The notes beneath the pieces are model-generated. The model searched no databases and was not told the origin of the DNA. It saw only the letters and a program-made list of their open reading frames with translations. Of a stretch of DNA of 64,000 nucleotides, positions 14,750-27,568 are shown in pieces (position 1 is the first letter of the stretch; each line of letters opens with the position of its first letter). This DNA comes from Escherichia coli. Lineage in GTDB: Bacteria > Pseudomonadota > Gammaproteobacteria > Enterobacterales > Enterobacteriaceae. Both the position numbers and the translations under genes were made by a program. The DNA lies in NCBI RefSeq assembly GCF_045037415.1, contig NZ_CP173438.1. One strand, 5' to 3'.

Positions 14750-15112
14750 GATTTTTACCTCGACATAATCTTTTAGCTGGGCCTTTGTTTCGTGACCCAT
14801 ATCACAAAATCAAGTATACACTAATTATTGAACTAATTAATACCACGCTAACTGTTTCAGTTGATACTAAGTGTTAAAAATGTGAATTTTAATAACAAAA
14901 AAGAATTAAAAACACGATCATTTATTGTTAATTATAGTATTTTCAATTAGATAATGAATTTTGCATAATGTGCTTTTTTACTATATGTATTCATTGTGTG
15001 AATGATATGTCGCAGTAAAACGCACTATTCGTTAAATGAATCGCAGGGGAAAGCAGTGGGTTGATAGGCAAAAGCAACATTTTCCCCGCCGCCAGAAGCG
15101 ACGGGGCAGAGA

Positions 15113-15586
<474 letters not shown>

Positions 15587-15606
15587 TCACCCGATATGGT
15601 GGTTGA

Positions 15607-15645
15607 TACAACATTATTGTGCATACAGATGAATTTTTATGCAAA
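15607..15645 (-). promoter_or_regulatory. ARG-box operator (two adjacent boxes) for argR autoregulation
   Basis: Minus-strand TTTGCATAAAAATTCATC (15628..15645) fits the 18-bp ARG box consensus (TGAAT-W4-ATTCA core); a degenerate second box lies 3 bp away; 24-62 bp upstream of the argR ATG. Confidence 0.55.
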
Positions 15646-15942
15646 CAGTCAGCCCTGAAGAAGGCTGAAATAATGTTATGAAAGAGCGGGATTTTATCAA
15701 ATTTCGTTATTGAGAAACATGCCTGCGTCACGGCCTGCAAATTCTGCTTAAAAGTAAATTAATTGTTATCAAATTGATATTGTTTTGGCTGAGCGGTAGG
15801 GTATATTGTCACCACCTGTTGGAATGTTGCGCTAATGCATAAGTGACTGTTAATTACGTAAGTTAGGTTCCTGATTACGGCAATTAAATGCATAAACGCT
15901 AAACTTGCGTGACTACACATTCTTGAGATGTGGTCATTGTAA

Positions 15943-16956
<1,014 letters not shown>

Positions 16957-16972
16957 TTGATTAGCGGATAAT

Positions 16973-17009
16973 AAAAAACCGGAGCACAGACTCCGGTTTT
17001 TGTTTTTTT
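16973..17009. terminator. Bidirectional rho-independent terminator between convergent mdh and degS
   Basis: ccggag-cacaga-ctccgg hairpin flanked by an A-run upstream and T-runs downstream. Confidence 0.75.
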
Positions 17010-17018
17010 ACGCTGACC

Positions 17019-18086
17019 TTAGTTGGTCGCCGGATATTCCTGAATGGTGACCTGCAATGTTAACTGTTTATCGTCACGCATCACGACAACCGGGATCACC
17101 GAACCAGGGCGAATTTCCGCGACCTGATCCATTGTCTCCAGGGCGGAAATAGCGGGTTTGTTATTCACAGAGATAATCAGATCGTTGACCTGGATGCCTG
17201 CATTTGCCGCTGGGCCATCAGGCGACACTTCGTTAACCACGATCCCTTGCAGTTGATCCATGCCGCCACTCTGCGCATGTAATGGGGCGATCTCACGTCC
17301 ACCAATGCCAATGTAGCCACGGATCACACGGCCATCACGGATCAGTTTATCCATAATTTTGGTCGCTAACTGGAAAGGAATCGCAAAGCCGATACCTTCC
17401 GGCGTTTCGCCATCGTTACTCTTATCAAACGACAGCGTGTTAATGCCCATCAGTTCGCCCAGCGAGTTCACCAGCGCGCCGCCAGAGTTACCGTGGTTAA
17501 TGGAAGCATCGGTTTGCAGGAAGTTTTGCCGCCCGGTCGGGTTCAGACCGATTCGACCCGTGGCACTGATAATCCCCTGGGTAATGGTCTGCCCGAGGTT
17601 GTACGGGTTACCGATCGCCAGAACCACATCGCCAATGTGCGGTACGCGGCGTGGATTGATCGGAATCGTTGGTAAACCGCCTGTGGCGTTAATTTTCAGC
17701 ACCGCCAGATCGGTTAGAGAGTCAGAGCCAACCAGTAACGCTTCAAAAACACGTCCATCCTGTAAGGCGACGATGATCTGATCGGCGTCGTTGATCACGT
17801 GTTTATTGGTGATGATATACCCGCGTTGATCCATGATTACACCAGATCCCAGGGTGCGGATCTCAAGCTGGTTGTGAGAGTTGGTGTTCAAACCGCGGTT
17901 ATAAACGTTAACCACCGCTGGCGCGGCGCGGCGAACCGCCAGATTATAGCTGGCAGGCGTTTCATCGGTACTGTCAAATTGCGGAGTGGAAAGCGGGTTA
18001 AGGCTGCGCAGCGAAGGCATGGCAACCAGCAGAATAGCGCCGACAATTAATCCAATCGCAACGGAACGTAAGAGCTTCACAAACAT
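17019..18086 (-). CDS. degS: Periplasmic serine endoprotease DegS
   Basis: 355-aa ORF with trypsin-like motif GNSGGAL and a C-terminal PDZ domain. Confidence 0.95.
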   Translation of the reverse strand: MFVKLLRSVAIGLIVGAILLVAMPSLRSLNPLSTPQFDSTDETPASYNLAVRRAAPAVVNVYNRGLNTNSHNQLEIRTLGSGVIMDQRGYIITNKHVINDADQIIVALQDGRVFEALLVGSDSLTDLAVLKINATGGLPTIPINPRRVPHIGDVVLAIGNPYNLGQTITQGIISATGRIGLNPTGRQNFLQTDASINHGNSGGALVNSLGELMGINTLSFDKSNDGETPEGIGFAIPFQLATKIMDKLIRDGRVIRGYIGIGGREIAPLHAQSGGMDQLQGIVVNEVSPDGPAANAGIQVNDLIISVNNKPAISALETMDQVAEIRPGSVIPVVVMRDDKQLTLQVTIQEYPATN

Positions 18087-18175
18087 GATGGAGGCATCGT
18101 TAAAAAAGGGAACGGCAGCAGCATACCACGAGTTAACCGGACATCACACGTCAGCCTGATGCCCGGTTTACGACA

Positions 18176-19543
18176 TTAACGCATTAGTAGGTAGAGGCTT
18201 TCATTGCCGCGTATGATTTGCAAGGCGATTATGGCCGGTTTTGCCGCCAGCACTTTACGCATTTCAGCAATCGAGTTCACCCGATCGCGGTTGACGCCAA
18301 TGATCACATCGTCTTTTTGCAAGCCAGCCTGAGCAGCTGGGCTTCCTTTGACAACCTCATCGATCTTAATACCTTTGCCACCATCTTTTAGCTGACCATC
18401 GCTCAACGTTGCACCTTCCAGCGCTGGCGTGATCATTTCAGCGCTGGCCGACGAAGAGGTGCTGGTATCGAGCGTCACTTCTACTTCCAGTGGTTTGCCG
18501 TTACGCAGCAGGCCAAGCTTCACTTTCGTGCCCGGCTCGGTGGTCGCGATACGAGAGCGCAACTCAGCAAAGCTATTCAGCGGTTTGCCGTTGAGGCTGG
18601 TAATAATATCGCCCGCTTTGACGCCCGCTTTCGCCGAGCCAGAACCTGGCAACACTTCGCTGACAAACGCGCCACGCTGCACGTCAAGGTTGAAGGCTTT
18701 GGCGATATCGGCACTCATCTCGGTGCCTTTGATACCTAACAGGCCGCGTTTGATTTCTCCAAAGTCGATAAGCTGCTGCGCCAGTGTTCGCGCCATATTA
18801 CTGGGAATGGCAAATCCAATCCCGACGCTACCGCCGCCAGGCGCAAGGATTGCAGTGTTGATGCCAATTAACTCACCGTTAAGGTTTAACAGCGCACCAC
18901 CGGAATTGCCGCGGTTAATGGAGGCATCAGTTTGAATAAAGTTTTCCAGACCTTCGAGATTCAGACCGCTGCGGCCTAACGCAGATATAATCCCGGAGGT
19001 AGCGGTTTGCCCAAGGCCAAATGGGTTACCGACCGCCACGGCAAAATCACCGACGCGCAATTTATCGGAGTCGGCAATAGCGATTTGCGTTAATTTGCTC
19101 GGGTTTTGAATTTGCAACAGGGCGATATCGCTCTGGTCATCGCTACCAATCAGTTTTGCATCAAACTCGCGCCCATCATTGAGCTGAATACTGATTTTCT
19201 GTGCCTGATTAATCACATGGTTGTTGGTCAGCACATAGCCTTTATTGGCGTTGATGATGACACCGGAGCCTAAACCTTCGAAGGGTTGTGCAGGTTGATC
19301 CGGTAAATCATCACCAAAAAACTTTTTGAATTCTTCCGGGATTTTCTGTCCCTGACTGGCCGTTCCTTCCACCCGTACGCTCACCACTGCCGGAAGCACT
19401 TTTTCCAGCATTGGAGCCAGACTGGGGAGGGGGGCCTGATCGGCAACCTGGCCTGGAATCGACGCGACGGCCTGAAATGACGCCGAGAGAGTTAACCCGA
19501 CACTTAACGCTAATGCACTCAACAGCTGGGTTTGTTTTTTCAT
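18176..19543 (-). CDS. degQ: Periplasmic serine endoprotease DegQ
   Basis: ORF-track frame 18176..19585; start chosen at MKKQTQLLSALALSVGL (signal peptide), 455 aa; GNSGGAL motif and two PDZ domains. Confidence 0.93.
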   Translation of the reverse strand: MKKQTQLLSALALSVGLTLSASFQAVASIPGQVADQAPLPSLAPMLEKVLPAVVSVRVEGTASQGQKIPEEFKKFFGDDLPDQPAQPFEGLGSGVIINANKGYVLTNNHVINQAQKISIQLNDGREFDAKLIGSDDQSDIALLQIQNPSKLTQIAIADSDKLRVGDFAVAVGNPFGLGQTATSGIISALGRSGLNLEGLENFIQTDASINRGNSGGALLNLNGELIGINTAILAPGGGSVGIGFAIPSNMARTLAQQLIDFGEIKRGLLGIKGTEMSADIAKAFNLDVQRGAFVSEVLPGSGSAKAGVKAGDIITSLNGKPLNSFAELRSRIATTEPGTKVKLGLLRNGKPLEVEVTLDTSTSSSASAEMITPALEGATLSDGQLKDGGKGIKIDEVVKGSPAAQAGLQKDDVIIGVNRDRVNSIAEMRKVLAAKPAIIALQIIRGNESLYLLMR

Positions 19544-19696
19544 TATTCCTGCTCTCGTACCTGAATGATAAGAAAAGAGATTCAAAACAGTTTGATGTTA
19601 TTGAATTTTCAGACGGCTAACAATGAGACACCAGATTAAATGATAGTCGGGGAGGGAGAGAAGAGGAGGGCGCAATGGCTGCGCCCCAAAAATAAA

Positions 19697-20095
19697 TTAG
19701 TCGCGCTTCGCGCCAGTACGCAGCAGGCCGGATGCGCCTTCAGAATAGTCGCGAGGCATCTGCACCGGTGCCTGATCGTTGCTGGCTTCAGACTCTGCCA
19801 GACGATTACGGAACGGGTTTGCTTCCGCAGACAGTTCCGGCAGCAGGCTACTGGAGCTTTTCGCCATGTGCTGATACAGCTGGCGATAGTCGTGCGCCAT
19901 GGTATCCAGTAATTCCGCGCTGCGGGCAAAGTGGCTAACCAGCTCTTCGCGATACTCGTCCAGTTCAGCTTTATTCTTTTCCAGTTCGTACTGCAACGCC
20001 TGTTGCTGGCGTAGTTTACGATTACCAAAACGCATGGCCACAGCACCAATAATGATGCCGACGACTAACCCAATTAGCGCATATTCCCAGGTCAT
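19697..20095 (-). CDS. yhcB: Inner-membrane DUF1043 protein YhcB (ZapG)
   Basis: 132-aa ORF MTWEYALIGLVVGIIIGAV... with N-terminal TM and coiled-coil. Confidence 0.85.
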   Translation of the reverse strand: MTWEYALIGLVVGIIIGAVAMRFGNRKLRQQQALQYELEKNKAELDEYREELVSHFARSAELLDTMAHDYRQLYQHMAKSSSSLLPELSAEANPFRNRLAESEASNDQAPVQMPRDYSEGASGLLRTGAKRD

Positions 20096-20288
20096 GAACA
20101 TCTCCCGTTGTCTTTTGTTTCCGTAGGGTGTTGGCTTCAGGCTCCATGCCTGCGGCTGATTATGCCACTATAACCGTTAATTCCACAGAAGTGGAATCCC
20201 GACAGCATATCGCGTAGTGTAGAACGGCCTTTTTTTCGTCAACCGTGAACAACGGCGCACCGATTATTCAAGGAATAACAATAAGATC

Positions 20289-21416
20289 ATGCAAAGCGTT
20301 ACCCCAACATCGCAATACCTGAAGGCGCTCAATGAAGGCAGCCATCAACCCGACGACGTTCAAAAAGAGGCCGTCAGCCGCCTGGAAATTATTTATAAGG
20401 AACTCGTCAATAGCACGCCACCAGCCCCCAGGACGAGTGGGCTAATGGCGCGGGTCGGTAAGCTGTGGGGTAAACGCGAAGACACAAAGCATATGCCAGT
20501 GCGTGGCTTATATATGTGGGGCGGTGTAGGACGCGGGAAAACCTGGCTGATGGACCTTTTCTATCAAAGTCTGCCGGGAGAGCGGAAACAGCGCCTGCAC
20601 TTTCACCGTTTTATGCTGCGGGTGCATGAAGAGCTAACTGCTTTGCAGGGGCAGACCGATCCGCTGGAAATTATTGCCGATCGCTTTAAAGCAGAAACTG
20701 ACGTGCTCTGTTTTGACGAATTTTTTGTTTCTGATATTACCGATGCCATGCTACTTGGCGGTCTGATGAAAGCCCTGTTCGCCCGCGGTATTACCCTGGT
20801 AGCGACGTCAAATATTCCGCCGGACGAACTTTATCGAAATGGCCTGCAACGTGCGCGTTTTTTGCCTGCAATCGATGCCATTAAACAGCATTGTGATGTA
20901 ATGAACGTGGACGCTGGTGTTGATTATCGCCTGCGTACACTCACTCAGGCGCATCTGTGGCTTTCGCCCCTCAACGATGAAACCCGGGCGCAAATGGATA
21001 AACTATGGTTGGCGCTGGCGGGGGCGAAACGAGAAAATTCACCGACGTTAGAAATCAACCATCGGCCATTGGCGACAATGGGCGTCGAGAACCAGACGCT
21101 GGCGGTTTCTTTTACTACGCTGTGCGTCGACGCCCGCAGTCAGCATGACTATATTGCGCTCTCACGCCTCTTTCACACGGTCATGTTGTTTGATGTACCA
21201 GTTATGACGCGGTTGATGGAGAGCGAAGCGCGGCGCTTTATTGCGCTGGTGGATGAGTTTTACGAGCGCCATGTCAAATTAGTGGTGAGTGCAGAAGTGC
21301 CGCTGTATGAAATTTATCAGGGCGAGCGGCTGAAGTTTGAGTTCCAGCGTTGCCTGTCACGTCTGCAAGAGATGCAAAGCGAAGAGTATTTGAAGCGCGA
21401 GCATTTGGCGGGGTAA
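20289..21416 (+). CDS. zapE: AFG1-like ATPase ZapE
   Basis: 375-aa ORF with Walker A GGVGRGKT. Confidence 0.9.
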   Translation: MQSVTPTSQYLKALNEGSHQPDDVQKEAVSRLEIIYKELVNSTPPAPRTSGLMARVGKLWGKREDTKHMPVRGLYMWGGVGRGKTWLMDLFYQSLPGERKQRLHFHRFMLRVHEELTALQGQTDPLEIIADRFKAETDVLCFDEFFVSDITDAMLLGGLMKALFARGITLVATSNIPPDELYRNGLQRARFLPAIDAIKQHCDVMNVDAGVDYRLRTLTQAHLWLSPLNDETRAQMDKLWLALAGAKRENSPTLEINHRPLATMGVENQTLAVSFTTLCVDARSQHDYIALSRLFHTVMLFDVPVMTRLMESEARRFIALVDEFYERHVKLVVSAEVPLYEIYQGERLKFEFQRCLSRLQEMQSEEYLKREHLAG

Positions 21417-21548
21417 AACCTGCCACAAATCACAAAAAGGGGTCGATCTTTGACCCCGACTTCTCTATAATCCTGCGACCCCACGTTACAAGAAAGTTTT
21501 TTTTCCCGAAACTTTTTGTGTGCTGGCATAGGCTATTCGAAGGGGTAG

Positions 21549-22064
<516 letters not shown>

Positions 22065-22076
22065 TCGGGATTATAG

Positions 22077-22472
<396 letters not shown>

Positions 22473-22504
22473 TTGGCTTCTGCTCCGGCAGAAAACAATT
22501 TGCG

Positions 22505-22531
22505 AAAAAACCCGCTTCGGCGGGTTTTTTT
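22505..22531 (+). terminator. Rho-independent terminator of the rplM-rpsI operon
   Basis: aaaaaacccgc-ttcg-gcgggttttttt. Confidence 0.85.
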
Positions 22532-22866
22532 ATGGCTAAAATCTGCATCAGCGTAAAAAATGGAAAGTTGCTTTTTGCTGCCACCTGACAGACAGGTAAA
22601 ACAAAAACCACATCGCCAATAAGGGACTAAGTCAACTATTTCAGACTAAAGCGCATCTCTTTTTCCCCATTTCCGGCATCGACTCACCACAAAGGTCGCA
22701 AAATCTGGTAAACTATCATCCAATTTTCTGCCCAAATGTCGGGTATTGCTCATTTTTTGTTTGATTTTCGAACAAAGAGAGTCGTTCCTTACTGGGTAAC
22801 ACAACTTCTGACTGGCCACCTGGTGGCTGGTAGCAGTAAAAATTCTGACTATACCTGGAGGTTTTC

Positions 22867-23505
22867 ATGGCTGTCGCTGCCAACAAACGTTCGGTAATGA
22901 CGCTGTTTTCCGGTCCTACTGACATCTATAGCCATCAGGTCCGCATTGTGCTGGCTGAGAAAGGTGTAAGTTTCGAGATCGAACACGTGGAAAAGGACAA
23001 TCCGCCTCAGGATCTGATTGACCTCAACCCGAATCAGAGCGTTCCGACCCTGGTGGATCGTGAGCTGACCCTGTGGGAATCTCGCATCATTATGGAATAT
23101 CTGGATGAGCGTTTCCCGCATCCGCCACTGATGCCTGTTTACCCGGTAGCTCGCGGTGAAAGCCGTCTGTACATGCATCGCATCGAAAAAGACTGGTACA
23201 CGCTGATGAACACCATCATCAACGGTTCAGCTTCTGAAGCCGATGCCGCACGTAAGCAACTGCGCGAAGAACTGCTGGCGATTGCGCCGGTCTTCGGTCA
23301 GAAGCCGTACTTCCTGAGCGATGAGTTCAGCCTGGTCGATTGCTACCTTGCTCCTCTGCTGTGGCGTCTGCCGCAACTGGGCATCGAGTTCAGCGGCCCG
23401 GGTGCGAAAGAGCTGAAAGGCTATATGACCCGCGTCTTTGAACGTGACTCTTTCCTTGCTTCTTTAACTGAAGCAGAACGTGAAATGCGTCTGGGCCGGA
23501 GTTAA
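22867..23505 (+). CDS. sspA: Stringent starvation protein A
   Basis: 212-aa GST-like ORF MAVAANKRSVMTLFSGPTDIYSHQVRIVLAEKG. Confidence 0.95.
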   Translation: MAVAANKRSVMTLFSGPTDIYSHQVRIVLAEKGVSFEIEHVEKDNPPQDLIDLNPNQSVPTLVDRELTLWESRIIMEYLDERFPHPPLMPVYPVARGESRLYMHRIEKDWYTLMNTIINGSASEADAARKQLREELLAIAPVFGQKPYFLSDEFSLVDCYLAPLLWRLPQLGIEFSGPGAKELKGYMTRVFERDSFLASLTEAEREMRLGRS

Positions 23506-23510
23506 TCTGT

Positions 23511-24008
23511 ATGGATTTGTCACAGCTAACACCACGTCGTCCCTATCTGCTGCGTGCATTCTATGAGTGGTTGCTGGATAACCAGCTCACGCCGCACCTG
23601 GTGGTGGATGTGACGCTCCCTGGCGTGCAGGTTCCTATGGAATATGCGCGTGACGGGCAAATCGTACTCAACATTGCGCCGCGTGCTGTCGGCAATCTGG
23701 AACTGGCGAATGATGAGGTGCGCTTTAACGCGCGCTTTGGTGGCATTCCGCGTCAGGTTTCTGTGCCGCTGGCTGCCGTGCTGGCTATCTACGCCCGTGA
23801 AAATGGCGCAGGCACGATGTTTGAGCCTGAAGCTGCCTACGATGAAGATGCCAGCATCATGAATGATGAAGAGGCATCGGCAGACAACGAAACCGTTATG
23901 TCGGTTATCGATGGCGACAAGCCAGATCACGATGATGAAACTCATCCTGACGATGAACCTCCGCAGCCACCACGCGGTGGTCGACCGGCATTACGCGTTG
24001 TGAAGTAA
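23511..24008 (+). CDS. sspB: ClpXP adaptor SspB
   Basis: 165-aa ORF with acidic tail ending ...GGRPALRVVK. Confidence 0.95.
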   Translation: MDLSQLTPRRPYLLRAFYEWLLDNQLTPHLVVDVTLPGVQVPMEYARDGQIVLNIAPRAVGNLELANDEVRFNARFGGIPRQVSVPLAAVLAIYARENGAGTMFEPEAAYDEDASIMNDEEASADNETVMSVIDGDKPDHDDETHPDDEPPQPPRGGRPALRVVK

Positions 24009-24013
24009 AATGA

Positions 24014-24038
24014 AAACAGGCCCATGTGGCCTGTTTTG
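24014..24038 (+). terminator. Rho-independent terminator after sspB
   Basis: acaggcc-catgt-ggcctgt followed by tttt, 6 bp after the sspB stop. Confidence 0.75.
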
Positions 24039-24115
24039 CTATCTGTCATCTTTTCGCCTGACTTTGATACTGTGCTACGATAGCGTCGTTATTATCCGCT
24101 AACGCATTTTCCTGA

Positions 24116-24907
24116 ATGAGTCCTATGAACGCATTTGATCCGCAAGCTGAAGATTCTACTACCACTATCGGGCGCAACTTGCGCAGCCGCCCGCTGGCGC
24201 GTAAAAAACTCTCCGAAATGGTGGAAGAAGAGCTGGAACAGATGATCCGCCGTCGTGAATTTGGCGAAGGTGAACAATTACCGTCTGAACGCGAACTGAT
24301 GGCGTTCTTTAACGTCGGGCGTCCTTCGGTGCGCGAAGCGCTGGCAGCGTTAAAACGCAAAGGTCTGGTGCAAATAAACAACGGCGAACGTGCCCGCGTC
24401 TCACGTCCTTCTGCGGACACCATCATCGGCGAGCTTTCCGGCATGGCGAAAGATTTCCTTTCTCATCCTGGTGGGATTGCCCATTTCGAACAATTACGTC
24501 TGTTCTTTGAATCCAGCCTGGTGCGCTATGCGGCTGAACACGCCACCGATGAGCAAATCGATTTGCTGGCAAAAGCACTGGAAATCAACAGTCAGTCGCT
24601 GGATAACAACGCGGCATTCATTCGCTCAGACGTTGATTTCCACCGCGTTCTGGCGGAGATCCCGGGTAACCCAATCTTCATGGCGATCCACGTTGCCCTG
24701 CTCGACTGGCTAATCGCCGCACGTCCAACCGTGACCGATCAGGCTCTGCATGAGCATAACAACGTTAGCTATCAACAGCATATTGCGATCGTTGACGCGA
24801 TCCGCCGTCATGATCCTGACGAAGCCGATCGCGCGTTGCAATCGCATCTCAACAGCGTCTCTGCTACCTGGCACGCCTTCGGTCAGACCACCAACAAAAA
24901 GAAATAA
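24116..24907 (+). CDS. nanR: GntR/FadR-family sialic acid regulon repressor NanR
   Basis: 263-aa ORF with GntR-type HTH ([22 protein letters not shown]). Confidence 0.9.
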   Translation: MSPMNAFDPQAEDSTTTIGRNLRSRPLARKKLSEMVEEELEQMIRRREFGEGEQLPSERELMAFFNVGRPSVREALAALKRKGLVQINNGERARVSRPSADTIIGELSGMAKDFLSHPGGIAHFEQLRLFFESSLVRYAAEHATDEQIDLLAKALEINSQSLDNNAAFIRSDVDFHRVLAEIPGNPIFMAIHVALLDWLIAARPTVTDQALHEHNNVSYQQHIAIVDAIRRHDPDEADRALQSHLNSVSATWHAFGQTTNKKK

Positions 24908-24970
24908 TGCCACTTTAGTGAAGCAGATCGCATTATAAGCTTTCTGTATGGGGTGTTGCTTAATTGATCT

Positions 24971-24993
24971 GGTATAACAGGTATAAAGGTATA
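24971..24993 (+). promoter_or_regulatory. NanR operator: three direct GGTATA repeats in the nanA promoter
   Basis: GGTATAacaGGTATAaaGGTATA at 24971..24993, 36 bp upstream of the nanA ATG. Confidence 0.75.
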
Positions 24994-25028
24994 TCGTTTA
25001 TCAGACAAGCATCACTTCAGAGGTATTT

Positions 25029-25922
25029 ATGGCAACGAATTTACGTGGCGTAATGGCTGCACTCCTGACTCCTTTTGACCAACAACAAGCACTGGATAAA
25101 GCGAGTCTGCGCCGCCTGGTTCAGTTCAATATTCAGCAGGGCATCGACGGTTTGTACGTGGGTGGTTCGACCGGCGAAGCCTTTGTACAAAGCCTTTCCG
25201 AGCGCGAACAGGTACTGGAAATCGTCGCTGAAGAGGCGAAAGGTAAGATTAAACTCATCGCCCATGTCGGTTGCGTCAGCACCGCCGAAAGCCAACAACT
25301 TGCGGCATCGGCTAAACGTTATGGCTTCGATGCCGTCTCCGCCGTCACGCCGTTCTACTATCCTTTCAGCTTTGAAGAACACTGCGATCACTATCGGGCA
25401 ATTATTGATTCAGCGGATGGGTTGCCGATGGTGGTGTACAACATTCCAGCCCTGAGCGGGGTAAAACTGACCCTGGATCAGATCAACACCTTGGTTACGC
25501 TGCCTGGCGTAGGTGCGCTGAAACAGACCTCTGGCGATCTCTATCAGATGGAGCAGATCCGTCGTGAACATCCTGATCTGGTGCTCTATAACGGTTACGA
25601 CGAAATCTTCGCCTCTGGTCTTCTGGCGGGCGCAGACGGCGGTATCGGCAGCACTTACAACATCATGGGCTGGCGTTATCAGGGGATCGTGAAGGCGCTG
25701 AAAGAAGGCGATATCCAGACCGCGCAGAAACTGCAAACTGAGTGCAACAAAGTCATTGATTTACTGATCAAAACTGGCGTATTCCGTGGGCTGAAAACTG
25801 TCCTGCATTATATGGATGTCGTTTCTGTGCCGCTGTGCCGCAAACCGTTTGGTCCGGTAGATGAAAAATATCTGCCAGAACTGAAGGCGCTGGCTCAGCA
25901 GTTGATGCAAGAGCGCGGGTGA
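25029..25922 (+). CDS. nanA: N-acetylneuraminate lyase
   Basis: 297-aa [20 protein letters not shown]... (DHDPS-like family). Confidence 0.95.
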
Positions 25923-25926
25923 GTTG

Positions 25927-25961
25927 TTTCCCCTCGCTCGCCCCTACCGGGTGAGGGGAAA
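25927..25961. repeat. GC-rich palindrome (TTTCCCCTC-N17-GAGGGGAAA), copy 2
   Basis: Perfect 9-bp arms; 5' half (tcccctcgctcgcccct) closely resembles the copy at 9768..9799; 5 bp after the nanA stop. Confidence 0.4.
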
Positions 25962-26030
25962 TAAACGCATCTGTACCCTACAATTTTCATACCAAAGCGT
26001 GTGGGCATCGCCCACCGCGGGAGACTCACA

Positions 26031-27521
26031 ATGAGTACTACAACCCAGAATATCCCGTGGTATCGCCATCTTAACCGCGCACAATGGCGGGCATTTTCCG
26101 CTGCCTGGTTGGGATATCTGCTTGACGGTTTTGATTTCGTTTTAATCGCCCTGGTACTCACCGAAGTACAGGGTGAATTCGGGCTGACGACGGTGCAGGC
26201 GGCAAGTCTGATCTCCGCAGCCTTTATCTCTCGCTGGTTCGGCGGCCTGATGCTCGGCGCTATGGGTGACCGCTACGGGCGTCGTCTGGCAATGGTCACC
26301 AGCATCGTTCTCTTCTCGGCCGGGACGCTGGCCTGCGGCTTTGCGCCAGGCTACATCACCATGTTTATCGCTCGTCTGGTCATCGGCATGGGGATGGCGG
26401 GTGAATACGGTTCCAGCGCCACCTATGTCATTGAAAGCTGGCCAAAGCATCTGCGTAACAAAGCCAGTGGTTTTCTGATTTCAGGCTTCTCAGTGGGGGC
26501 CGTCGTTGCCGCTCAGGTCTATAGTCTGGTGGTTCCGGTCTGGGGCTGGCGTGCGCTGTTCTTTATCGGCATTTTGCCAATCATCTTTGCTCTCTGGCTG
26601 CGTAAAAACATCCCGGAAGCGGAAGACTGGAAAGAGAAACACGGGGGTAAAGCACCAGTACGCACGATGGTAGACATTCTTTACCGTGGTGAACATCGCA
26701 TTGCCAATATCGTAATGACGCTGGCGGCGGCTACTGCGCTGTGGTTCTGCTTCGCCGGTAACCTGCAAAATGCCGCAATCGTCGCTGTACTCGGGCTGTT
26801 ATGCGCCGCAATCTTTATCAGCTTTATGGTGCAGAGTACGGGCAAACGCTGGCCAACGGGCGTAATGCTGATGGTGGTCGTGTTGTTCGCTTTCCTCTAC
26901 TCATGGCCGATTCAGGCGCTGCTGCCAACGTATCTGAAAACCGATCTGGCTTATGACCCGCATACTGTCGCCAATGTGCTGTTCTTTAGTGGCTTTGGCG
27001 CGGCGGTGGGGTGCTGCGTCGGTGGCTTCCTCGGTGACTGGCTGGGAACCCGCAAAGCGTACGTTTGTAGTCTGCTGGCCTCGCAGCTGCTGATTATTCC
27101 GGTATTTGCGATTGGCGGCGCAAACGTCTGGGTGCTCGGTTTGTTACTGTTCTTCCAGCAAATGCTTGGTCAGGGCATCTCAGGGATTTTACCGAAACTG
27201 ATCGGCGGTTATTTCGATACCGACCAGCGTGCGGCGGGGCTGGGCTTTACCTACAACGTTGGCGCACTGGGCGGTGCACTAGCTCCAATCCTCGGCGCGT
27301 TGATCGCTCAACGTCTGGATCTGGGAACGGCACTTGGCTCGCTCTCGTTTAGTTTAACGTTTGTGGTGATCCTGCTGATTGGTCTGGATATGCCTTCTCG
27401 TGTTCAGCGTTGGTTGCGCCCGGAAGCATTGCGTACTCATGACGCTATCGACGGCAAACCATTTAGCGGTGCCGTGCCATTTGGCAGCGCCAAAAACGAT
27501 TTAGTCAAAACCAAAAGTTAA
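26031..27521 (+). CDS. nanT: Sialic acid MFS transporter NanT
   Basis: ORF-track frame 26001..27521; start chosen at ATG 26031 ([22 protein letters not shown]), 496 aa, polytopic. Confidence 0.93.
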
Positions 27522-27568
27522 TCCTGTTGCCCGGTCTCTGTACCGGGCCTTTCGCTAAGGGAAGATGT

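Noticed and set aside
17359-18935. Plus-strand ORFs (140 aa and 168 aa) inside degS and degQ
   Set aside because: Antisense to protease genes with clear catalytic and PDZ motifs.
19651-19690. Hairpin gggcgca..tgcgccc downstream of yhcB considered as a terminator
   Set aside because: The U-tract lies on the wrong side of the hairpin for the yhcB transcript, and the A/T run does not fit a canonical terminator on either strand.
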